A stretch of DNA of 64,000 nucleotides from contig JAYWIR010000001.1 of NCBI GenBank assembly GCA_036172245.1, forward strand, positions 3,720,001 to 3,784,000. The letters are read 5' to 3'. This DNA comes from Raillietiella orientalis (taxonomy: Eukaryota). The translations under genes and the position numbers were made by a program. Below, piece after piece: positions 14,101-26,072 of the stretch (within the stretch, counting starts at the first letter, position 1; every line of letters starts with the position of its first letter). Below the pieces are notes generated by a model, which was not told where the DNA came from, ran no database searches, and was given only the letters and a program-made list of their open reading frames with translations.

Positions 14101-17100
14101 AGGTCAGCTTTGGTATCGAGAGACGTCTGTCTGGTGGAAAGGGAAGGGGCGAGGGAGAGAGACGGCGAGGGCACGGACGTCTTGCGAGCGGCCAGTCTGT
14201 GCATACTTAGGACAGATGAGAGAGCGTTGGAGTCAGTATTGCCAGAATCATTTGGAATTTTTCACCGAAAAAAAAAAAAAGACAAAAATTTCCAGCAAAT
14301 GCAAGAGCATCCTAATGGAAAAAAATTCTAAAATGGAAAAATGAAAAGAAAAAAAACAAGATTTTTGCTTGCGTGACTCGGACTATGAACTCCTCGCTTG
14401 AGAAAGGGATGCAGGAGTGCTTTGCGAGAGGGAGGGACGGATAACTAAGGCAGAGCAGGAGGGCACAGGTTTCCACACGAAAGGATACGCCCCCATCTTT
14501 GAAATGCATCTTGAAGGAAGAGCTCCCCCCTTTTGCCGCCGTCACTTTCCCTCAGCCGCAGTCTGTGCTTCATCAGTATGGCGCACGACGTGCCGCTGGC
14601 TTTCAGCTGACGGCGGATGCCTTCGCACTCCTCCTATTCTCTGGCTTTTTCTTTCCTGACTGGTCGTTCCCCTTTGTTTCGAGACTTCAGCACAAGGTGC
14701 GAGGAGTGCACGCAATGGGAGTTCCCGAACCAGAACGCTGGACGGATTCCCGGCCCCACGGCTGAGGAAAAAAGTCCCTAGCCTATCCTTCGGCTGCACT
14801 CGCCATCGACGGTGCTTCTGCCATCCTGTAGGGACAGTCAAGGTAGTGGAGGGAGAGGCCAGCATGATCCGCGCATTCTCCTCGCACATCCCACAGATCC
14901 TCTTCTCCCTCATTTCTGCTCCAGCGTTCCGCTTCCGAGAGAGCACCGTCCACGTCCGGGGCCAGTAGTATGGGAGACGCACATCCTGACGAGAGGACCT
15001 CCGTCCCCAGCTCCCCTTTACCCCGCCAACGTCATTTTCGAAACTTTCCCCTTAGCGGACAGAGGGCGAGTAGGCAACTCACTCAGGACGTTCAGTGTGA
15101 CGGAGGCAATCTTGGAAGACTTCGAGAAGTCGTGGGAAGCTGAGCAGGAGCACCGCAGGAGATGGTCCTCGCGAGACACTCGGAACGTGGCCGTGCTCGT
15201 CGTTGTCCACAGCTTGGAGGAAGACTTCAGAGTGAGATCTTCCCGTAATTCCTCTGGAAAGAACGAAACAGGAAGTCTCAAGAGGTGTTAGGCGCGTCGG
15301 GAATGCCCAGGTCACACGCAACAATCCCCGAAGGCCGCGCACTCTGTTAAGAGGAACTTCCCCGTCTCAGAAAGTCAATACAGCCCTCTTCCACGGTTCG
15401 CGACAGAAGGATACCGCCAGCGGAGCAAAAAGCCACGCCTGAGCTTCCGTTTAGGTGGAAGCAAGTCGGCATCCCCCAGGAATTCAAGATGGCCACCCGG
15501 ATGCTGTTTGGGGAGAGTGAGAACGGGGACGTTCACCTTTCTAAGCTGGTTCCTTCTCTCTTGGATGGCTGTGGAAGCCACAGCCAAGCCTCCTAGCGGA
15601 GAATGGACTCTGGGCAGGACAGAAGACGGCACCCGTGAAAAAGATCGGGTTAAGCGCCGGAGCAAAGTCCCTCTTTTGCGATCCCAAGAGCAATAGGAAG
15701 GAAAGGCGGGAAGAGATCCCTTTAAGCAATGTTCGCCGATGCAGCCAAAATCGAGAACAATCGTGAAGTGTCGATATATACGTGACGTGCTGCGATATTG
15801 GAACATAACTATGTAAGAAAGAGTGTTTTCAGAAACTTGGATGATGTTCTTTGGTTTGCTTTGTCATATTGCTCCTGGTTTTCTCGAAGAGCATTGCCCG
15901 CATTTGGTAACCCTTGTTCGTTTCTGTGCTGAGGGCAGCGCCGCCGAGTTGCATGCGGAAAGTCTGTGAAACAGTCGGAATGTGCGCAGCGTGCCGCACC
16001 AACCGGGAGACGCTTTATCTGGATCACCGGCACCACCTCCTACTGCTTTTGTCTGTAGCATCCGATCGCAGAGGAGTTCCAGGATGCTGTTCCAAGAGAG
16101 AACTGCCGCGGTAATTCCTGGAACTCCTCAGAGGGTGGATAAGTGTTTGTTGGGATCGAGAAGCACGACTGAAAGCCGGGATCTCCGAAGGAAGGAGAGG
16201 GGAGAATTTCAGGATTGTCATGGCACCATGAAGAACGTCCTCCCTCTCTCTGGAAAGTCGTCTTTCCACCCCCAACCAGGGACATGCCAGGAGAGAAAAG
16301 GGTATGGGATGCTCCAAGGAGAAGTTGCAGCTCTTTGGAACGGAGACAGTGCACCCTCCGTAATTGATTCTGACGTCTTCCGGGAAGCGAGGAGCTCAGT
16401 AGAGTGGCACTCTTCTGCGGCTATCTGTACCTCCATGACTCGTCCCCTGCCAAAGCGCCTCCCAGGCAGGTCACTCCAGGACGCGGCTTTGACTGGAAGC
16501 GGCGGCTGTTCTGGTGAGGGTCGCGCGGTAAACGCGGAGCAGCCTGCAGATGCCAGCTGCCGCACGAGCGACGAGCGTGGCTCAATGTGGACAGCGTGCA
16601 GTGATCGCCGAAGAGCGGGATGGTGCGATGAGGAACGTGGAAGGTTGCATCACGCTGGAGGGAATCCGCCACAGAGGAATCTTGGCATCGCACCTTCCCT
16701 GCCGTGAACGTGGCGATCTCGTGCGACCTCTGATGAGGTGGGTTGAGAGGACTTCGGATTCGCCACGAGCACCAAACTCGCAGGAGAACGGCAGCAGCGT
16801 CAGCAGCCTACCCACGGAGTGGAAGAGCTCCTTCCCGTTTTCTCTGGAACGGTCCCTGCCTGGACGGAGGCGGAGCTAAAAGAGTTGTAGCAGGGACAGG
16901 ATAAACTGCGAGGATGGACTGCGTTTTCTTGGACGAGTCAAGCATCAGGAACAGACCCGAGTTTGCGTCCACACTGGCCATCGGCTGAGGCGCGGGAGGA
17001 CTGAGCGTCGCGCTGCGGAGCTGCGTGGGCGAGAACACAGAGTCGTCAGACGGCGGCCTCCTACGCGAGCACCCGGCACTCCTTCCAGACTTCCGGTTCG

Positions 17101-20100
17101 GTTCCGCGCAGCGAAGAGTCTCTTTGCCAAGATGGCGCGGTTTGCATGCAGCGCACGCGCACCGTTCGGTGTGCAGCAGGTCTTTCGATGCAGAGGAAGC
17201 GACGAACAGCGTGGTCCAGCTCGGAAGTCTTCGAAGAGTCTGGGAGCCACGAGCCCATTTTCTCTCCAGGAATGCATGGGACGCTGGGCATTGCTTGGCG
17301 TTCACCCCAATTTGCTGCAGCTTCATCTTTGACAGGAAGAGGGATTCAACGGGCATCCCCCTTCATAATGACCGTACTTCCGGCGGGTCATCATCCTTAT
17401 GCACAAGATCGGCTGACGACGTAAATGCACTTGCTATTGGGAACCCAGGAAACTGCGCCTGATTGCTTGGATGCAAAACTAAAAACGGGGGAGCCAAGTT
17501 TGTGCTGCTGTATCGAAAGAGGCAGCTCATCCTGCTTCCTGAGCTCCGCTTGGGAGAGCTCCTAGTCTCAGACTCAGCTCAGTCTTAGCTCTCAGTCTCA
17601 AAAATCTTCTCAGTGTCTGAGATAATAGAGGAAGTACAGCTCCGCAAGAGATCAATCCCCTTGTGGTCGTCATAGTAAGAGACGTGATATTCAGCATCTT
17701 GTCGTATCGAAGGAAGGAGGGAGAGTGGATAGAAAAAATGCTACAGTGAGGATGGACAGTTTCAAGCAGCTCAGTTGCTTTATTGTCCTTCCAGTCACCT
17801 CGAAGAAATCCCTCACGATAAATACCACCTATCGCTCACGACGGGATGGCGCCTTGATTTCCTCTTCGAATGAAGATGGAGATGAAGGAATCTTTACAAA
17901 TGCTGCACTGGAAAGAAGGGAGCAAACTGTTCCCTCAGGGGTGCAAATCAAGAGCTCGATAAGCTCGGGAAAACTCACCATAATGCAAGTTCCTGCAAGG
18001 CAGGAACGTGCATTATGTTGTCGATTGATGGCGTGTCTCGGTGCCCCTTAACGGTGGGTCAGCCACCACCCTCGACGCTGCCTGCCCTGGGGCGAACTCG
18101 GCAAGCTCGCGGCAAGAAGCGCTGCAGAGGGAGGCGAGCAAACACCGGAGACTATCCCTCCCGTCCCCCGACGTCTCCTGCAAAAGAACGCCCAATGCCG
18201 GGGAGGGCCGGTGACCCGAAGAAGGAAGTGGCATTCGAGCGAACTGCAGATCCCCCCAGCTCAGAAGCGCGAAACGCGAAGGAGAAGATGGTGGTGTGCA
18301 GAAGAAAATCCAGCATCTCATGGGCATTCTTACGGGGTACGTTCCTGGGATCCGCCCACGGTAATCAGCCGCCAGAAAACTTTCGACAAAAAACTAAGGA
18401 AGACGGTGAAAGCTATGGAGAACCCCTCTTAGCACATGGGTTGAATTTCAACCGATTTCAACCGACCATAAGCTCTTGAAGCCTTCAATGAAGTTTCAAA
18501 ATCCGCCTATAACAAAGAATTTTGAAAGAGGCGTTTACATCTTCTGGGAATGTGGAGGTGACGTGGAAACACCTGCCGCGAAGCGTGTGGTAACTCTTAG
18601 CACTCCTTCTCCAGTGAATGAGGTTTGCGGTTGTGTTTTTTCCTGTTCAAAGTAACTGACGTACCACTTAGAGGATGAGCGCGCGCTCGTGAGAAGGCTA
18701 CCAAGCAACGCCAGCGCTCTCTCAGTCTTGAGGCAAAGCACGAAGGTACGAAGACGGATGGATCTTTTAAATGAAATGCATGGCGAAAGAGTGCACGCAT
18801 GTCATCGGAAGATGGGTGCATCCTCGAGCCATCACTGGAATTGTTTTTCGAGAGGGAGTCTGTCTTCTTCAGAGCGCGTGGGGGAAAAGGAGCGAGAAAA
18901 TTCGATATCGTCCGATCCCGAAAGCCAACCCCAAAAGAACACGGGGCCGCACGTTCCGTTTAGAGGGGTCCCAGGAGAAGAGCTCTCGGATCTTCCATCG
19001 TTCTTGCATTGCAAATATGCATTCGCAGTTTGAGCCACTCATCACCCGCAAACACTGAGAGCACTTAGGGACAAGAAGTCCGAATTCCGTGTGAAGTTTC
19101 TCTGTGCGGGAAGGAAATTTCAGGTGCTTTCTGGAAATTTCGGGGTTTCCAGAGTAACTCGAACCACCTGAATGTCGTACTTTCGTGTGCTCTTCAGTGT
19201 CCTGTCTGGCGCTTGAGCCTTGCTAGTGAACATCTCCTGCTGGTTTTTGGCAGAATGAACCCCCTGCTTCTGAGAGCGAGAGGTCTTCCAGTGGTTTCTT
19301 CAGCCGTCCGTTTCCCTGGCGCAGCGAAGGCGACCCAAACTAAGGTTCTTTGATCATAGGAGGAATTTCCGGTTGCTCCTTTGCTGGAGGAGCACTCGTT
19401 TTCCCCTTTTGGCTCCCCTATGACGCTCATCAGTAATGTGATCAGCTGGTTGCGAATGGGCAGGGCGTGGGCGATCTTCTAGCTGCAGACGGCTGGACAA
19501 AGAAAGCCGCGGAAGGACAGATTTTTGTTCTTCTCTTTCCCGGCGGTTCGGTAACAGTGATCCAGGAGGACGGGAAAGTCCCGCCATATCTGAACTTGCT
19601 CTCTTGTCTGCCATTCCATCGAAGGCAGCGTTAAGAGGCGGCTGGTTTTTCGTTCCCAAATAACCAAGCTTTTTTTACGTTCATCTTCCTGGCAAAGCAG
19701 GCAGCGTTCTCGGCGCAGGACCGAACTTCTTTGCGTGATAATGCTCTCATGATGCGCAGGATAAGAGCACCGCCATAGTGGCAGCTGATGGGGTACAAGA
19801 TACGCGGGGAGGAAGAGATGGAACTTCATCGGGAATCCGAAATCCTCGACCTTCGAGGACCCTTCCCCGCTAAAAAGTCGTCGGAACTTCCCTGCCTACT
19901 GACTTGCGAGGTGTTGGGAAGGCGATCGGAACCGCCCTCTCGGTTTCCCGTGCCGCATGAGTGGACAACGAAGAAGATGGGTAGGAAAACTTGCGGTAGC
20001 TCGAACTCCGGCAGGCAACTCTGTGCTCATGGGAAAACCTCAATCTGGAAACCGGAGATAACGGGTACAAGTCCACGCGAGCGTGGAGGATCACTTTATT

Positions 20101-23100
20101 CCAGGAACGGGCGATTGGCCGAGAAGAAACGAATGAGGACAGTCGGTGCCATGGAATCCGGAGGACGCCAAGTCATCAAGGGGAAAAGAATGATATCGAC
20201 AAGATGATGCATGGGTTTGTCTCTCCCAAGCAACGGCGAAAACATCAGATTCATTCTCTCCTAATGAGAACTCTCTGATCCTGAGATTCAGAGTTGGAAC
20301 GCTCCTCCTGCATTCGGGATTGGAGGGACACGCTCGAGCCACTGGAGTGCTCCAAGAAAGATGGGAGACTACCAGAAAAAGGGTGTTGCCTCCCCTGGAA
20401 GAATTTTCCTGGCCAGACTTCTTTCCCCATGAGGTCAGCCAGAAACTTGGAAAGTTTGACACACACGCGTGGGTGTGTGGAACAGGAAGGAAAGGAAAGG
20501 AAGGGGAGCATCATTGGCTCGGTTCGCTTCCCAAAAGCATCCTCCAGCATCTCCGCGCAAAGTTGCAAACAGAAAATCCTCGCTGAGCGCGCCTCCCTTC
20601 CACTTTCCAAAGGGTCAAGAGAGGAGTCGCTGCGGTTCTTAGCTGGAATGTCTTTCTTGCCTCTTACCTGGACCTAGCTTCCGGCTCCCGTGAGTCCAGA
20701 CGATCGTGCTGGGTGGTTTCGAGTGATGCGCAGTGCAGGTCAATGAGAGGAGCTCGTTCACTCTCACATCAACCTTGCTGTTGTTCCTGTGGCCTTCGAT
20801 TTCGACGAGGCTGGGTCCCACTGAAAAATACGGAAGTCTTCCCTTGCTCCTTAATAACCATGTTTCCTCCCTTCTTCTTCCCGGCAAAGCGGGCTGCCTT
20901 CCCGGAGCAGGACCGACCTTCTTCTCTGCATGATGGCGCTTTCATGATTCACAAGATGAGAGCACCGCCACAATGGCAGCTGACCGGGTACGAGCTACGC
21001 GGGGAGGGAGGGATGGAATCCATCGAGAATCCGAAATCCTCGATCTTCGAGGATCCTTCCCGCAAGAAAGTCCTTCCCTGATTGAAGCAGAAAACAGGAA
21101 GTCCCTCATCCGGAGCGTGATCGATGCGGCAAAAGGCTGAGCGGTTCACCGGCGGCGGCGCCTCTCCGAAACGCCTCGCTTCCAAGCCAGGAAGACGCGC
21201 TTCCCTCCCCCCTTCCCTACTTCTGGAATGTTGGGAGAAAAGGGAGGAGAAAAGAAGTAGAAAATCTTGTGCAAATCCTCTCCTACCTCTGCCGCTGCGA
21301 CGTTTCACGCGGGAAAACCTCGGGAGCCGCTGCGAGCTATTGGCGAGTCCCCTAATTCCGTTTTGGGGCTCACGTAAAAGCTCCTCCGCCCACTTTTGGA
21401 TGGTTGCTACCAGCGGCAAAAGAAGCAGCCCGCACTGCGCACGCGCCCATCCCCCAGGACGTTTCGTTTCGCGAAAAGAAGCTGGAGCGAATTCTAGCGA
21501 TTCCAGTTTGGCCCACATCAGCAGGAACCGTGCCCACTCAGTCGAAGAGTTTCGCGGGGAAGGGAAGAGGAAACCTGCTCGCACTCTTACAGTGAGAGCA
21601 GGCTCCAGGGATCACCCAGGCGTGTGCTTCCCGACTTTCAAAGAAGAGCCGAATCGGATCCGTGTCGGTCACGAGGGGCAGCCCGGGGCTTTCGCTGGGG
21701 ACGCGGTTGCCTCCCAGGAGACAGCCATGCTTCCGGAGCTGGAGTATCTCACTCAGCACGCTCGCACGCATCACTGAGAATCGCCACGTTCACAGCAACA
21801 GTCGCTCAGGGCTGCACGCAGAGCCACCGGATGCGATCTGTGCATCCCACTTTGGCTAGGACCGAGACGGAACGCAAGGACACAAAGGCATTCGGCTGGA
21901 GGAGGCATAGGGCGGAAACGCTGCGAAAGCTGCCGTCTCTCGTCCTCCGAGGGCAAGCGAGACTTTCGCCCGCTTGCCCCCCCCCCCCCCCCCAATCCTC
22001 ACCCCAGCAGAGTCTGCAAAAGAAGAGAAGAAGAACAGCAAAGGTCCCTCACCGAAAACTTGCACCGAGGCCCCGGCAAAGATCTCTTCCTGCTCAAAGG
22101 TCGGTCCGACCTGGCACTGGTAGTTGCCTTCCTCGTTAGAAGTGATGTTGTCTATCCGCAGGAAATACTCTCCCAGCTTCTCATTGATCTCCATCGAATA
22201 ATGGGGGTATCCAGGGATCTCGGGGTCGTAGCCTGGAAGGGAATTCGCAGCATCAGTGCATCTGCTCTGTGGGAAGCGAACGAATCGGGAGACGGAAGGG
22301 TGACTCACGCGAATTTCGCGTGGCGGAAAATTCGCGAAACTGGAAGGAGCGAGTCAGAGGGATCAAAAAGCACAGGTTCTTTGGAACCGGTTGCATTTCC
22401 CTCCGATATCTCCCCTCATTTTGAGGAGGAATGCTCACGCAAAATGCTCCCTCCGCTGTGCGCCTCGGAAAAGGAAGCGGCGAGGCATCTCGCGGTGAAG
22501 AAGTCTCCCCTCTTGCGTCGTCGCTTCCTCTTCCTCTGAAAGAAAAGACAAAGGAGCTCATCCGAAAAGTAGCGCAGTTTCTTCTCCATGTGACTGTTAG
22601 CGTTCGTGTCATCTGCAGTCTCACTCCTACGGTCGGTGTGTGCAGGATTTTCCACAACTCTCGCCATCTTTCCTAGTGGGGGTCTTCTGTCGAAGATCTG
22701 CTGGCGGCTATTCTTCGTGAGCGGAAGTAGCTTCTTGTGAGTGCCTCTCGTGCTGGAGCCGCAAGCACGTGCGTCCTGCAACAGCGAACCGACGCGGGCG
22801 CCATCACTTCAGGCTTTGCAGCCTTTCTCTACAAGCGACTTAAGAAGGCGTAATGTACCCTGGCAAATGCCCCTGAGGTGCTGGATTTTTGTTCGCTCGC
22901 CTCCCTCTGCCGCCCTTGTCGCGCGGTCGCCGAGTCCGCACCAGGGCAGGCAGAAGTCGAGCGTGGTTGCTGGCTTGTCGTCAAGGGGCACCACGTCTGG
23001 GAGGATTCTCAAGGAGACCGCCGGTGTCGGCTGGTCTGGACCACCAGCTCGCATGCTTGCTAAGCCACACTTTTGGCCATGCTCCTTTCTTGCGTGATAG

Positions 23101-26034
23101 CTTTGGAATTCCGCACTCACTCATTAAGAAAGTGCGCTGGTGACTCAAATGCCCAGTCATCCTTTTGGGATGGGAACCAGAGGACGTTACCAACGTTTCA
23201 TAAGAGTCAGGATCTTGCAAGTTGCGCGCGGACGACACCTTCCAGAAGGTCTGCGTTTCTTCTTTGAATGCCAGCGGCCAGGAAAAAAAAGCCAATTGCA
23301 GATGTAATTCTTCACACACTTGTATGTTGCAGCACCCTGGCGTTTCCACCGTCGCCCTGTTTTCCCATGTCGCCTTCTCCTTGTTGTTGTTCGTCACATA
23401 AAAGTTTCTCATTTCTCCTTTGCTGTTTGGTGCTGCTGACCCATGCCCGGGAATCAGACTCCTCCCGAGCTGGTTCTCATAATGACTTTGCTTTTCGCTA
23501 GAGGCCTTTGAAATTCCACATGGGAACTCCCACCTGGCGCAACCCCCTTCTGCAGACTCCACGAGCGCGCAGGGTTCCTTCAATCAGTCAGAAGCAACGA
23601 ACAGAACCCACCCTTCTCTCTGGAGCAGCGACCACTTGCGCCCTGCAACGGCGAACCGGAGCGTACGCCATTACTTCTGTATTTGCAGCCTCCACCTACA
23701 AGCGACCCGAGAAGGCGACACACGGAGCCGCACAGATTTGCGCGGAACGCACGCATCCTCTCGGGTACACCCGCCGTCTCCGCCGCGCGTTTATCCCGGG
23801 TTTCTTGGGTCCATCTCGCTGAGGAGAGGATTACTTATGCGGGGCATTCAAGTCTTCTTAAGAGTGCACAGCCCGAGGGGGAGGCTTGCATGGGAGAAGG
23901 CGCTCGCTGCCGATGTCCGACCGAGGTGCTTCTGTGTCGTGGGGGACTGGCGCGACAGCCATCGTGTGGGAGAGAAGGGGGGGGGAAGCCATCCTGCTCT
24001 CCTCGAGAGAAACTGCTCGCCGGGATTCCGGAACACGCAAATCTCCGGAACGGGGATTTCCGCACCGCGTCCGGTTCCGATTCTCCTAACAGCCTGTGAG
24101 TGCTCCCAACGCACTCGCTGCCGTGGTTGCGCCACGGGTTCGCCTCCTGCGTCTCTGCCCACGGATTTCTCAGTTTCCGGAAGGCACCTTTCCCATTCCA
24201 GTAAGCGGCACTTCTCGCAGCAGATGGATGTCGTGTGGGGTGGTTAGGTCTCGCACTGGATGCAGGTCGCGGAAACGAGGCGTCGAGCTCAAGAATGGGA
24301 GGATGGGGGGAAAGTGACCCACGTTTCTAGGGATGAGAGCGCTAGTCCACTCATTCTGTGAAGGAATCCAGTGTCACCATACTACGAGCACGCGGCTGCC
24401 TGCAATGAAACACATACAGCACATTCAAGCTGAAGCACGTGATCTGGAAGGAGCACGTAATTTAACCCTTCGGATGCGGAGCTCATCAGACTGAAACGTT
24501 CCGTGTTGACGACACGCGAGTCGCAGTTGGCCGGATTGCTTTTTCGCGTACCGCGTGCTCCATCGAGGTATCGACTGGCTACATAAAGTGCTCATTAAAG
24601 TTACTCTTGTTTATTTACATCACATGAAATAAAATATTTTCGTTTTCCCCGAACATACATTATTTATTTGAAAATTGTAATGATAATTCGAAACAAATCA
24701 ATAATTCATTCAAGCTTTGAAGGCATCACAAAGAAAAAGGACAATACGATAAATTCTATGCCACACTCGGAGAAACCGGGAATCGTTAGCCGATATGAGT
24801 AGAATTTTGTTCGCTGTCGCTGCTAAGGGAATTATAAGAACGGGGAGTGAATGTGTCCATCTCAAACGTGGATAGTGTTGACTTAAGTCGCCAGGTGTCG
24901 GGCAAGAACATTTGCCATGGCACTCAAAGGGTCGAGAATCAGAATTGGCGCTTCCTGTTGCTTTTCCCCTTCTTCCCTTCCTCGTGTGAGAGGGTGGGGT
25001 CTTTGCCGGAATGAAAGGCGTCATTGCGAGGGACACCGAACGCTCTTGGATGCCGTTCCTTTCTCGGAACGCGGGCACATCGACCCGCTTTCCAGATTGC
25101 CCTCATGTCATCAAGCCACCAATAATTGAACTGGAGATCTGACGCATTTCATTTGCGTGTCTCTGGACTATTTGAGGGCGAAAATGTTTTGAAGATTACG
25201 AAGATGAGATTTGGAAGCAAAACTTCTTAAAAGACATTAAGGCGCTCCATTAAACTTCGACTGAATCAGTCCTGATAGATGCGGCTCACTTCTAAGTTCC
25301 AAAACTCATTGGGAATGGAACGGACACATCTCGACGTTCGGAAATTCTCCGAATCCCGGAATTCCTCCATGTGCGGAATTTCCTTCGGAGGAGCAGTGCA
25401 TGTGGACCTTTCTCGTGTGATCTGGTCAAGAGGGCGCGGAAATGGCTCCTTTTGGAGTATGGGATGAGGGGCGCTTCCCGAAAGCAAGAGAACAGAGAAG
25501 CTGAAAGCTAAGGGCAAAGCTCTTTCGTCGTCGGTCCACGAGGTGGAGTTTTTTAAGAGATGCGAGCTTCCTCGCATCGCGGGAAGGGTTCAACCAGAAT
25601 TTAAAAAAAGCGCGCGAAAGGGGAAATTCCTGCGATCCAGGCTTTTCGGAAAGTTCGCTGAGATCTCGCGGCCTCATGAATCTTTCAAGAGTGCAACGGA
25701 TGGAGCTCTGTGCTGCCAGAGAACATGATACTCAATATGAAGATTTCGACAAGACTTTCCTCGTCCGTGGAGTGATTCTCGAACTCGGCGAGAAGGCGAG
25801 ATAAGAGCTCGCAGTACCGATGGAGTCATTCGACAGAGTAGTTAATGATCTGCAGTTCCCGTGTTCATATGATAATTGAGAACCAACCGCTCAATGGAAG
25901 CGCTAAATGATGCGTAGACCAGAAGGAAGATGCATTTGGTGTATCGCTCACCTTGCTGTCAGCTAATAACCTATATATATTATCAGCTGACAGAAACGCG
26001 AACATCGGGGGTCTACTGTATACACACACACACG

Positions 26035-26072
<38 letters not shown>

